DNA of 64,000 nt from Terricaulis sp. (GCF_044224985.1 NZ_JBGAJJ010000006.1); one strand, 5' to 3'. Numbered from the stretch's first letter, positions 9,190 to 18,405 are shown. The notes: a model not told the origin generated them from the letters alone. Translations and numbers: made by a program.

Positions 9190-10767
9190 GTGGCGAAGCC
9201 AACACTGTACCTCTTCCCGGACACCAACATCTTCATCCAGTGCAAGTCGCTGCACGAAGTGGATTGGAGATTGTTGGGCGATTTCGATGAGTTCGTGCTG
9301 CTGATCTGTCGGTCGGTCCAAGACGAGATCGATCAGCAAAAGGGCCGGGGCGCCGGCCGCGTCACCGACCGGGCACGCGCCACCTCGGGCGTGTTTCGCG
9401 GCATGCTGAAATCAGGCGCCGACAAGATCGAGCGCGATGCCGCGCCGCGGGTGCAATTGCGTATGGCGCTGAGGCTGAAGCCGACGCCTAATCTCGGCGA
9501 TCTCGACTACAGCGATGCCGATGACGCGTTGGTCGGCTGCGCCCATGCTTATGCGGCGCAGAACCCCAGCGCCGACGTGCGAGTGTTGACCGACGATGGC
9601 GGTCCGATGGGCTCGGCGGTCTCGATTGGCTTTCCGGTGATCGATGTGCCGGAGCAATGGCTGTTGCCGCCCGAGGCGAGCCCAACGGAGAAGAAACTGG
9701 CGCAGGCGCAGGCCGAGAACGCACGCCTGCGTCAGACCGAACCTGAGATCGCCATTGCCTGCTACGACGCCACGGGCGCCGCGATCACGGCGCTCGCGTT
9801 GAAGCATCAATTGTTTGCGCCGCTGACGGACGCACAGATCGCCGCCTTGATGCAGAAGCTCAAGGATATACACCCGCTTGAAACGGATTTCGGGCCGGAG
9901 GAGCCGCCCGCGCGGACCGCGCCGACGCCGACAGGTCCGCTGTTTACGGAGACGTGGCGTCCAGCAAAAACCGAGGAGGTCGAGGCCTATCGCAACAAGC
10001 GTTATCCGGAATGGCTGACCAAGTGCGAATACGAGCTACGCCATCTGCACTTCAAACTTGAAGCCCGCCAGACGCCGCCGCTGATCCTGTTCGAAGCGGT
10101 GAACACCGGCTCGCGTCCGGCAAGCCAAGTGCGCGTCGACGTCACCGCGCAAGGGGGTGTCGCGGTGCGGCCGCCAGCCTACAAAGATGACGAGGATGAT
10201 GCGGACGGCCAGGTCGCGACCGCCGCCGAGATGACGTTGCCACGTCCGCCGGCAGCGCCCTACGGGCGATGGGAGCGCACGCCGGTGCGTGTCAGTTCGG
10301 CCCTCAGCGCGCTCGATCTTGCCGACAGTTTACGCCGTCAGCTCGACCCGTTCGGCGCTCGCGGCTTCAATCCGGACGGCATGTTCGCCCGCGCGAGCGC
10401 GTTCGCGGAACCGATGATCCCGCCGATCCCGCACTTCGTCCCGCCCCGCCACGACCCCGAGGGGTTTTACTACAAGGGCGGGCGCCCATCAGAACCGAGC
10501 CAAGCATTCGCGCTCACCTGCGATCTCTGGCGTCACGCGCGCGAGCCGCGTGGCTTTGGCGTTGAGTTGTACGCACTCGGCGCCGCGCCCGGCGACGCGA
10601 ACGGCATCGTCACGCTGACGGTGCATGCCGATAATCTCGGCGCACCCGCGGACCTGCCGGTGCCGATGAAGATCAGCATCGCCAACGCCGATGTTTACGC
10701 GGAAGCGGACCAACTGGTTGAAGCGCTGCGCCCCAAATTCAATCTGAAGGCGCTGCGGGGCGGTTAG
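9190..10767 (+). CDS. PIN-like nuclease domain protein with ~370-aa uncharacterised C-terminal region
   Basis: GTG start, 525 aa. PIN-type acidic residues in the expected contexts: LYLFPDTNIFI (D11), VQDEIDQQ (D45/E46/D48), VRVLTDDGGP (D135/D136). The rest has a short coiled-coil-like stretch (EKKLAQAQAENARLRQ) and no motif I can name. Confidence 0.65.
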   Translation: MAKPTLYLFPDTNIFIQCKSLHEVDWRLLGDFDEFVLLICRSVQDEIDQQKGRGAGRVTDRARATSGVFRGMLKSGADKIERDAAPRVQLRMALRLKPTPNLGDLDYSDADDALVGCAHAYAAQNPSADVRVLTDDGGPMGSAVSIGFPVIDVPEQWLLPPEASPTEKKLAQAQAENARLRQTEPEIAIACYDATGAAITALALKHQLFAPLTDAQIAALMQKLKDIHPLETDFGPEEPPARTAPTPTGPLFTETWRPAKTEEVEAYRNKRYPEWLTKCEYELRHLHFKLEARQTPPLILFEAVNTGSRPASQVRVDVTAQGGVAVRPPAYKDDEDDADGQVATAAEMTLPRPPAAPYGRWERTPVRVSSALSALDLADSLRRQLDPFGARGFNPDGMFARASAFAEPMIPPIPHFVPPRHDPEGFYYKGGRPSEPSQAFALTCDLWRHAREPRGFGVELYALGAAPGDANGIVTLTVHADNLGAPADLPVPMKISIANADVYAEADQLVEALRPKFNLKALRGG

Positions 10768-10842
10768 CGCTGCGGCGTCGGCGCCTGCAAGACGCGCTCG
10801 GCCGTCGCCGCTTCGGACCGCGGCCGAGTGGACGACGAGCAG

Positions 10843-10871
10843 TTGTAAAAGTTCGTCATTTGTTCTATAAT
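10843..10871 (+). promoter_or_regulatory. sigma70-like promoter (TTGTAA-17 nt-TATAAT) for the giant NTPase gene
   Basis: -35 TTGTAA at 10843-10848, 17-nt spacer, perfect -10 TATAAT at 10866-10871, inside a local AT-rich patch in otherwise GC-rich DNA. Confidence 0.45.
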
Positions 10872-11000
10872 TGGATATACGAATCGGCGCAGTTTTGCAC
10901 CGGGCGCGAGTGCTACCGCACACGCAAAGAAGCGGGCAGGCGAGCCCCGTTATCGCGTTTGTTTTCCAACCTCGATTTGAACCGACGTCAGAGAGTACCC

Positions 11001-14000
11001 GTGACCAAGTCCGTCACCCCACCGTCCACCGCCGGCGCCGCCGGGCCTTTGTTCGAAGCCCAGGTCGGCGCGAATTATCTGCTTGCGATGTTGCGTGGCG
11101 CTGAGCCGCGCGGACTTCCCGGCTTTGTGTCCGATCGCATCAAACTGCAGCGCGCCGCAGAAGGCCATCCGCTGGATGACGTCATCATCGATGCGCATGA
11201 CGCATCTGGCCTCAAAGCCGTGCTTGAGGTGCAGGTCAAACGGTCGATGACGTTCGCGCCGTCGGATGTAGAATTCAAAGCCGTGGTCCGCCAGATCGCG
11301 GCAGTTCTGCAAAAGCCCGAATTCACCACGCTGCGCTACGAATTGGCGGTCGCCACCGAGCATACCAAGCGCGCCGTGACCGGCGCTTATCAGGAAGTGC
11401 TGAGCTGGGCGCGCAAAATGCAGTCGCCAGCGGAATTCTTCGACAGGATCAAGCGGCCTGGCTCCGGCAATAAGGAGATGCGCGATTTCGTCGAAACGCT
11501 TCGCGCCAATCTGGCCGAGGCGGGCGCCGCCAATGACGAGGCCACGACATGGACCGTTCTTCGTCGCCTGCAAATTCATGTCTACGACTTCAACGCACCA
11601 GGCTCAGCGTGCGAAACCTACGCGCGTGATCGCGCCGCCGACGTCCTGCATATCGAGGACAAGGCGAAGTCAGGATCGCTTTGGGACGTTCTGATAACGA
11701 AGGCCTCGACATTTGCGGCGGGGGGCGGTGATTTCACGCGCGAGAGCCTGCGCGGCGAACTCAGCGAATTCCGCTTTGATGGCGATCGCCGCTACACGCA
11801 CATCCGTAAAGCAATTGAAGAGGCAGCGCAATTCGCACTCGTGGCGATGGCGGACACGATCGACGACGTCGTGCTGGGCCGAACAAAGCGCGCGGCGATG
11901 ATCCGCGCCGCTGCCGATGTCGGCCGTTATGTCGAGGTGCGCGGCGAAGCGGGCGTCGGCAAATCGGGTTTGCTCCGTCATCTTGCCGAAGAAGTGGCGC
12001 GCGAGGGACGCATCCTCGTCGCCGCGCCGCTCCGCATCGCCAAGGGCGGCTGGTCCGCTCTGAAGGGCCAGCTCGGCTTTGAGGGCACGGCGCGGGAATT
12101 GATGAGCGATCTCGCCGCCGACGGCGGCGGCTGGCTGTTCATCGACAACGTCGACTTCTTCGCTGACGACGAGCGCGCAACCGTCGAAGATCTGATGCGC
12201 GCGGCCTCGCACGTGCCGGGAATCGTCGTAGTGGTGAGCGCCCGCCAAAGCTTCGGCGTCGAAGAGCCGAGTTGGCTACCCGCCGACGCCATCGCGCGGC
12301 TCCGGGCAAGTGAGCCCGTCGATATTGGCGAACTCGACGCTGACGAGATCAAGGAGTTGAGGGAGGGCGCCCCGCGCCTTGACGCCTTGCTTGCGCCCGA
12401 CCATCCAGCAAAAGCCGTCACGCGAAATCTTTTCCGCCTGTCGCGCTTGGCCCGCGCCCCGGCTGATGAGCCGCCGCCGCGAACGGAGATCGACCTCGCC
12501 GCGATGTGGTGGCGTACCGCCGACGGCGCTGATGACGCCACTAAACGCGAGCGAGCGCGTATTCTCCGAAAACTCGGCGCCTTGTCGCTTGCGGGCGATC
12601 AGGTGTTCGATGTCAGCGACCTCAACGACACCGCAGCCATTGATGCGCTCGTGCGCAGCGAGACACTCCGCGAGCTGCGCCCTGATCAGATGGTTTTTCG
12701 CCATGACGTGCTGCGTGAGTGGGCGATCGCAAACACTCTCGCCGACGACGTCGCCAATCTTGAGAACCTGCCCCTTGCCGGTGCGGGTTCGCCCGCACAG
12801 GTCCGCGGGCTGCAACTCGCGGCGCGCTTCCAACTCGACAAGGGCGGCGATCCTTCCGCCTGGCGCGCACTGCTCGACGCTGTCAGCGGAGCAGGGCGGC
12901 ACCCGTCGTGGCGACGCGCCGCGATCCTCGCGCCATCGCGGTCAGAGATCTTTGAGGACTTGATGCCGGTTATCGCTGAGCCGCTGCTCGCCAACGATGC
13001 GGCGCTGCTGCGTGAAACCATCCGGCTCGTGTTAGCGGTCGACGTGCAGCCGCTTCGATCGCTCTATGCGGTGGTCGGGCTCGACGCGTCAAAGATACCC
13101 GAAGAAATCACCGTGCCCACGGGCGGCGCGTGGTGGCGCCTAGTCGATTGGCTGATGCAATTGGACGAGGCCTTCCCGCTGAAGGCGTTGCCCGAAATCG
13201 TCGATCTGTTCGCAGGCTGGGCCAAGATCAACCTTGTCTATCCCGACCCCTACACGCCAACCATCATTCACAAATTCGTCGAATGGCTCATCGCGATCGA
13301 TCAGTCCCGCGAGATCAAAGGATGGCACGAACGGAAAGTCGCGTTCGGCGGGGTCGTCAAAGACAAGGAGCTGAACCGGCTCGAAGAGGAGATGCGTCTG
13401 ACGATGGCGCTTTTTGCGACGCGCGCGCCCGATGACGTCAAGGCGTATCTGAAGACGCTGCCGGCGCTCGAACGCAATGATGCGATCTACGAAAAGCTGT
13501 TCGCATTCGACGGCAAGTTCGCTGCTGCGGCGCCTGAGGAATTGGCGGCCATCACGCTCGACGCGCTCGTCAAACCACCCGAAGAGCGCAGGCCACAGCG
13601 TGAGCGGCCTCTCGATGGTGCGCTCAAATTCATCGATCACCGGTTCTTGCCGGAATCGCCCGCCCAGGGCCCGTTCTTCGACTTGCTCACCGAAGCGCCG
13701 GCCGTCGGTCTCAAGCTGATCCGTGATCTGATTGACGCGGCCGTGGCGTACCATGTCAAAGACACCAAGCCGGCGGGATACAACGTCTTCATCGTCGAAC
13801 TGCCCGGCGGCCCGCGGCGCTTCTTATGGCACTTCACCTACGGCTGGGCGCGATCCTCGCGCTATCACAGCATCACGTCCGCTTTGATGGCGCTTGAAGC
13901 GTGGGCGCATGCGCGGATTGAAGCGGGCGCGTCCATCGAGTCTATGATCAGCGAGATCATCGGTCCGCCGGAGACGCCGGCGGCATATCTGCTGATCGTC

Positions 14001-16121
14001 ATTGACCTTCTGCTGTCGCATTGGCCGGACTCGCATGCGGCCGCGGTGCCGTTTGTTGGATGCCCCGAACTTCTGGCGACCGATCTCGGGCGGCCAGTTC
14101 AAGAGAACTTTGAGTTTCCCGACTTCTTCGGGTTGAAGGCGCTGCAGAAAGAGCCGGTCGGACCGAAGCTCGACGAGCTTAAGAGTCGGCCGTCGCGCCG
14201 TTACAGCCTCGACGCGCTGCTCTTCTATTATGCGCGAAATGGCGAGTTTGCCGAAGACCGCGCGGCAATCGTGGCGCGGCTGACAAACGCGAGCGATCGC
14301 CTCGGACCTTACGACGCCGGCGATTCCCTCAGCCAGCCGCGCTTGATGGCGGTTCACGCGCTCAATCGTCTCGATCCCGCTAATTACAAGGCAGTCGACA
14401 TCGCGCGCCGGGACGGCACCACAGTTCCGGGTCTTAAGTATGCACCGCCGCAAGAGGAAGCGGACCACTTCGCGCCGCTGCAAAAGGGCGCAGCGCAGCG
14501 CTCGGATGACGCCGCCTTCGCCACGTTCATCAACAGTATTTTGGATCGTCCAGAGCGTTCGAGCGCAGAGATCGCGGAGCGGGTTTTAGCGTGGGTTAAG
14601 CAGGAGCGTGTCGCCGCCGAGGACGAAGACGCCGCGATGGTGGTCGGTCAGGCGCTGACGGGCGCGGCGCTGATCGCCATGCGCGACGCGACGCCGGCGG
14701 TTCGTGCCGCCAATGCCGCTTGGGCCGAGGAGCGTTTCGCGGCGGCGCTGAAAGAGGAGCCTGACGTCGCGCGCCAGATGCGCGAGGGTTTGCAGTACAA
14801 TCCTGTTGCGATGGCTTTCGCGGGACGCGTCTTCGCTCTGAAGGACGCCACGCCGACGCGAGAGGATTTCAAACGAATACTCGACATGGCCGCCGGCGAC
14901 GCTGCCGCCTCACGCGGCGCGGGTGCGGCGGCGGAGGCGCTTCGCGCGCTCAACCCGCTTTTGCCTCGCGCGGTGATGCGCATCGCTTTCGCGGCATGCG
15001 TCGGCGTGCGCCACGATTGGGACACGCCGCCGGAGGTCAAAGCAGCGAGCAAGGCCGACGCGCGAAAACAACTCGAGCAGCGCATCGAAGCGGAGCTGGG
15101 CTGGTTGTTCGACGGTGGAGCCGAGCCAGATTGGCCGAACTTTCCGTCCGAAAGCATAGGCCGGCGTCGGCGGCACTACATCCGACTTGGACCGGCGCGT
15201 GACGAGGATGAGGCGCCGATGCCCGAGCCCGCGCGAATCGACACATACGTCAATCACCAGAGTGCCGCCGTGTGGCTCCGTGCCTTGTGGCGGCCCGCGA
15301 ATGATCGCTTCTGGCTGCGCGACTTCGTTTCGGCCTACATGGGCTGGACACTCGCCGCGAACGGCGCGGGTCTGGAAGAACGGGAGGAGGTGACCGATCC
15401 ACCGCGCGAGTGGAATCGCATTTTCTTTGTCGTGATGGCCGAGAGCCTGAAGGGTGTCGACGGCGCAGCGATGGAAGCCGCACTGCGCCCCATCACCGAA
15501 TTGCCCGAACGGAATTTCTTCGACGTGATCGCGGAATTGGTCCGCGCGCTGGACGTGATGTTTTTCAACGACGCAGGTGTCGAACCAGATGTCGCCCTGG
15601 CGGGGCGTCGGATGCTCGCCGACCGTCTCGGACAATTGTACGCGTGGCGCGGTCTACGTGGCACGAAGTCCGACGGTGTCGAGATGCATCTCGGTCCCGC
15701 GGGCTCCGTGCTGTTCTTCAATGAGCACGAATTCGGCCAGACGCCGCGCTCGTATCTGCCAGCGGTCATGGTCGAACGGTCATTGGTGTTCTTGTCGGTG
15801 CTACACAAGTTGGCCGTTGCCGCCCCATCGCCTTTCGTCGCGATCATCACTCTGAACTATCTCGACGTAGCGCCGCGCGCTGAACAGCTGCCGCTGCTTC
15901 TGGCGTTCACCGATGCGGCGATCGAGGCGTATCCCGCCGACCGCTCATTCTGGATCGACCATGGCATCGGTCCCCGTGTCTGCCGCTGGCTAGAGACGCT
16001 TTTCGACGCGCGGCCCGCAGCGATCTCGGCCGAGCGAGCCACGATCGATCTCATACTGGCAAAACTGGTCGCGATCGGCGTGACCGAGGCCCATGCCTTG
16101 GAAAGGAAATTCGGCAGCTGA
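11001..16121 (+). CDS. giant (~1706 aa) nuclease-NTPase: Cap4/DUF4297-like PD-(D/E)xK N-domain + P-loop (STAND/AAA-like) NTPase + ~1300-aa helical C-terminal region
   Basis: GTG 11001 is chosen because the longest ORF start (TTG 10860) lies inside the predicted promoter. N-terminus: GPLFEAQVGANYLLAML ... HPLDDVIIDAHD ... LEVQVKRS (a D...QxK nuclease-like pattern). Walker A VRGEAGVGKSGLL at nt 11943-11966. Walker B GWLFIDNVDFF at nt 12132-12155. The long Leu/Ala/Arg-rich C-terminus has no recognisable catalytic motif. Confidence 0.7.
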   Translation: MTKSVTPPSTAGAAGPLFEAQVGANYLLAMLRGAEPRGLPGFVSDRIKLQRAAEGHPLDDVIIDAHDASGLKAVLEVQVKRSMTFAPSDVEFKAVVRQIAAVLQKPEFTTLRYELAVATEHTKRAVTGAYQEVLSWARKMQSPAEFFDRIKRPGSGNKEMRDFVETLRANLAEAGAANDEATTWTVLRRLQIHVYDFNAPGSACETYARDRAADVLHIEDKAKSGSLWDVLITKASTFAAGGGDFTRESLRGELSEFRFDGDRRYTHIRKAIEEAAQFALVAMADTIDDVVLGRTKRAAMIRAAADVGRYVEVRGEAGVGKSGLLRHLAEEVAREGRILVAAPLRIAKGGWSALKGQLGFEGTARELMSDLAADGGGWLFIDNVDFFADDERATVEDLMRAASHVPGIVVVVSARQSFGVEEPSWLPADAIARLRASEPVDIGELDADEIKELREGAPRLDALLAPDHPAKAVTRNLFRLSRLARAPADEPPPRTEIDLAAMWWRTADGADDATKRERARILRKLGALSLAGDQVFDVSDLNDTAAIDALVRSETLRELRPDQMVFRHDVLREWAIANTLADDVANLENLPLAGAGSPAQVRGLQLAARFQLDKGGDPSAWRALLDAVSGAGRHPSWRRAAILAPSRSEIFEDLMPVIAEPLLANDAALLRETIRLVLAVDVQPLRSLYAVVGLDASKIPEEITVPTGGAWWRLVDWLMQLDEAFPLKALPEIVDLFAGWAKINLVYPDPYTPTIIHKFVEWLIAIDQSREIKGWHERKVAFGGVVKDKELNRLEEEMRLTMALFATRAPDDVKAYLKTLPALERNDAIYEKLFAFDGKFAAAAPEELAAITLDALVKPPEERRPQRERPLDGALKFIDHRFLPESPAQGPFFDLLTEAPAVGLKLIRDLIDAAVAYHVKDTKPAGYNVFIVELPGGPRRFLWHFTYGWARSSRYHSITSALMALEAWAHARIEAGASIESMISEIIGPPETPAAYLLIVIDLLLSHWPDSHAAAVPFVGCPELLATDLGRPVQENFEFPDFFGLKALQKEPVGPKLDELKSRPSRRYSLDALLFYYARNGEFAEDRAAIVARLTNASDRLGPYDAGDSLSQPRLMAVHALNRLDPANYKAVDIARRDGTTVPGLKYAPPQEEADHFAPLQKGAAQRSDDAAFATFINSILDRPERSSAEIAERVLAWVKQERVAAEDEDAAMVVGQALTGAALIAMRDATPAVRAANAAWAEERFAAALKEEPDVARQMREGLQYNPVAMAFAGRVFALKDATPTREDFKRILDMAAGDAAASRGAGAAAEALRALNPLLPRAVMRIAFAACVGVRHDWDTPPEVKAASKADARKQLEQRIEAELGWLFDGGAEPDWPNFPSESIGRRRRHYIRLGPARDEDEAPMPEPARIDTYVNHQSAAVWLRALWRPANDRFWLRDFVSAYMGWTLAANGAGLEEREEVTDPPREWNRIFFVVMAESLKGVDGAAMEAALRPITELPERNFFDVIAELVRALDVMFFNDAGVEPDVALAGRRMLADRLGQLYAWRGLRGTKSDGVEMHLGPAGSVLFFNEHEFGQTPRSYLPAVMVERSLVFLSVLHKLAVAAPSPFVAIITLNYLDVAPRAEQLPLLLAFTDAAIEAYPADRSFWIDHGIGPRVCRWLETLFDARPAAISAERATIDLILAKLVAIGVTEAHALERKFGS

Positions 16122-16154
16122 CGTGCGCGCTGGCCTAGAGAGGCTGCTTTCGGC

Positions 16155-16181
16155 GAAGGCCCGACCTCGGGCTTCCGTTTT
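16155..16181 (+). terminator. rho-independent terminator after the giant gene
   Basis: Stem GAAGGCCCG / CGGGCTTC (8 bp, one bulged G), loop ACCT, followed by CGTTTTGTG. Lies 34 nt after the stop at 16121. Confidence 0.5.
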
Positions 16182-16363
16182 GTGCTGCGAGGCTGCTAGC
16201 TTCCGAAAATGGGATAAACCGTCGTCCAAGGTCGCACCGTTCGACTTGAGAGTGGACTCGATTCCTCCCGCCGATGGGTAGGCCCTCGAAATCGGATGCA
16301 GGCCGCAGTTCGCTCCTCTAAGCTCTGTCTTGTGGTCTGGCCGTTGGGGAGGGCGATCGGACG

Positions 16364-17323
16364 ATGTCATTATCCGGCCCTTTCGGTTGGTTGCTCGCCG
16401 CCTCTTGGGGCCTTGTCATCGTGGGGATACTGGCCGCCATTTGGGTCGGCTATGTTCTTCCGCGGATAAAACGCACGCTCAAACGAATTGGCAGAGCGCT
16501 TCGTAGGCGCAACGCGTTCAAAGCGCACGGGTTCGGCCAAGGCGCTGGAAGGCATCGCCCGCCTCCTACTCAAGAGAGCGTGGCGCTGCGCGAACAACGC
16601 CCGGCTGGATCGAACGTGTTTTCCAGCCGCTCCTATTTCGCCTTCATTAGTTACGCCCACGCCAACAAGCGCTACGCGCGTTCGCTGCAACGCCGACTCG
16701 AGGCGTTCAAGGTGCACAAGCCCGTCGAAGGCAACAGCGCTCTGATAGGCGAGGGCAGATTAGGGCTTATTTTTCAGGACGAAGCTGAGCTGGGCGCCGC
16801 TGCCGATCTGGGTGAGGTTCTGCGAAGCGCCCTGGAGGCTTCCCAGAACCTCATAGTGATCTGTTCGCCCGCTTCCGCGAAGTCGCACTGGGTGAACGAA
16901 GAAATCCTGCATTTCAGGCGTGCCTGGATCGAACGGCGCTACGCCGGCACGGCGGGGGGCGAGAACACTGCGGGCGGGCGCATTCTCGCTGTTGTTCTCA
17001 ACGGAGGCCCGGCTTCCTCCGAAAGCGAGGTGGCGGAGGCCGTGTTGCCCGCGGCCATGCGCGAAGGGAATTCGATGGAAGGACCCGAGACAATCGTGAT
17101 GGCCGGCAGCAAGCCCTCCGACACCGATTTCGTGACCCGTCTGGTCGCGCACATGTTGGATGTGCCGTTCGCCGCGCTCGCGAAGGATCGGACGAACCGG
17201 AGGACCGAGATCACAAAGATTTTGGCCGTTGGCGCTCTTTGTCTAGCGCTCTTCGTGGCGTTTTCCGAACCACTCGGCCGCTGGTATTTGGAGTTCGCCA
17301 TGAACCTTCCCTGGATGCGTTGA
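16364..17323 (+). CDS. membrane-anchored TIR-domain protein (TM-TIR-TM)
   Basis: 319 aa. RBS GGGGAGGG upstream. N-terminal TM (GWLLAASWGLVIVGILAAIWVGYVL) followed by a basic cluster. TIR motifs YFAFISYAHANKRYA, LIFQDEAEL and NLIVICSPASAKSHWVNEEILHF (an SxW..E motif with candidate catalytic Glu E180, nt 16901-16903). C-terminal TM (ILAVGALCLALFVAF). Confidence 0.75.
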   Translation: MSLSGPFGWLLAASWGLVIVGILAAIWVGYVLPRIKRTLKRIGRALRRRNAFKAHGFGQGAGRHRPPPTQESVALREQRPAGSNVFSSRSYFAFISYAHANKRYARSLQRRLEAFKVHKPVEGNSALIGEGRLGLIFQDEAELGAAADLGEVLRSALEASQNLIVICSPASAKSHWVNEEILHFRRAWIERRYAGTAGGENTAGGRILAVVLNGGPASSESEVAEAVLPAAMREGNSMEGPETIVMAGSKPSDTDFVTRLVAHMLDVPFAALAKDRTNRRTEITKILAVGALCLALFVAFSEPLGRWYLEFAMNLPWMR

Positions 17324-18405
17324 TGCCCGCCCTCGCCGAAGAATCCGTCGCTTCGCGCTTCTTCTTCAAGGCGTGCGTGCTTCATCTGGCTGCCGATCGA
17401 GCCGATGCCGGCTGGATATTCAAAGGCTTGGACAACTTCTTCGTGGACAAAGCGTCAATCGATTCAGGCTACCCGCAAGTGTACGCGGAGGCCGAGCCGC
17501 TGGGCTGGATCGCAAGCTTATGCCTGGTGCCCGGCGAGGCGCCGGACCTCAGCGTGGATGAGCAGCATATATTGGACAGTTCGGAAGTGTTGGTCGTCGT
17601 TTGCTCACACAAGACAATGGCGTCCGCGAAGGCCGACCGAGCGTTGAGGTATTTCAAGTCGAAAGGGCAGGCGCGCAAGGTTTTGGCCGCCATATCGGCA
17701 GAGGCGGCGGCGATGACCGGTGCGGCGCTGCCGCCGCTACCGCCTGCGCTGCGATACGAAGTTGACGACGACGGAGCTCTTTCGGAACGACCCCAAGAAG
17801 TGCTGGCTGTGCATCTGCGGGGCGAACCGCGCGCGCGTGCTTTGGCGAGGATCGCCTCCGGCGTGATGGACGTTCCTTTCGATGCAATTTGGGACCGCGG
17901 GGCGAAGACCGAAATCGGCCGTCTTTGGTGGGCGCTTCCGCTCGCATTGAGCGGCGTCCTCTTGGTGGGTGTGGCCGCTATGGTTATGGCGCGCCCTGTC
18001 GTTCGGGACTACGTCGCCGAGCTGACGCCCGCATTGTTGAATGCGTCGGCAGAGGCGCTCGCGGATGGCGACACGCAGAAGTCGGCTCGCCTTGCTTTGG
18101 TCTCGATCTATGCAGCGCGGTTTCCCTTCTATGAGCAGGATGCAGACGCATCGGAATCCCGGCTGCGCGCGGCGCTGGCTGCGGACCTGGAGAACCGCGC
18201 GCAGGCGGAGAGCGTGCGCCGCGCGCCGCCGATTGCGACGCTCGGCGGAAAAGAGCTTGTCAAGCGGGCTTGCGCAACGACCCTCGCCGATGGCCGCGGG
18301 CGGATGTCGGACGAAGAGGTCGAAATGCTCCGCTACGACCCTGCCGGACCTTATCGCGACCTCTGCCGCTATCCGCTCTGGCTCGTCTCGGACCGGGCGA
18401 GCTGA
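17323..18405 (+). CDS. degenerate TIR-like paralogue + TM + ~137-aa C-terminal (probably periplasmic) domain
   Basis: ATG 17323 overlaps the upstream TGA (TGATG). Collinear with the upstream protein: RFFFKACVLH vs YFAFISYAH; VLVVVCSHKTMASAKADRALRYF vs LIVICSPASAKSHWVNEEILHF (W and E replaced by K and A); GVMDVPFDAIWDRG vs HMLDVPFAALAKDR. TM is LWWALPLALSGVLLVGVAAMVMA. The C-terminal tail has 2 Cys. Confidence 0.65.
   Translation: MPALAEESVASRFFFKACVLHLAADRADAGWIFKGLDNFFVDKASIDSGYPQVYAEAEPLGWIASLCLVPGEAPDLSVDEQHILDSSEVLVVVCSHKTMASAKADRALRYFKSKGQARKVLAAISAEAAAMTGAALPPLPPALRYEVDDDGALSERPQEVLAVHLRGEPRARALARIASGVMDVPFDAIWDRGAKTEIGRLWWALPLALSGVLLVGVAAMVMARPVVRDYVAELTPALLNASAEALADGDTQKSARLALVSIYAARFPFYEQDADASESRLRAALAADLENRAQAESVRRAPPIATLGGKELVKRACATTLADGRGRMSDEEVEMLRYDPAGPYRDLCRYPLWLVSDRAS

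Noticed and set aside
8934-10923. Track ORFs in or across the cargo intergenic regions: 8934-9245 (-), 9052-9339 (-) and 10489-10923 (-).
   Set aside because: They overlap the PIN-like gene or the predicted promoter, lack RBSs, and translate to low-complexity Arg/Pro-rich sequence. They are most likely non-coding.
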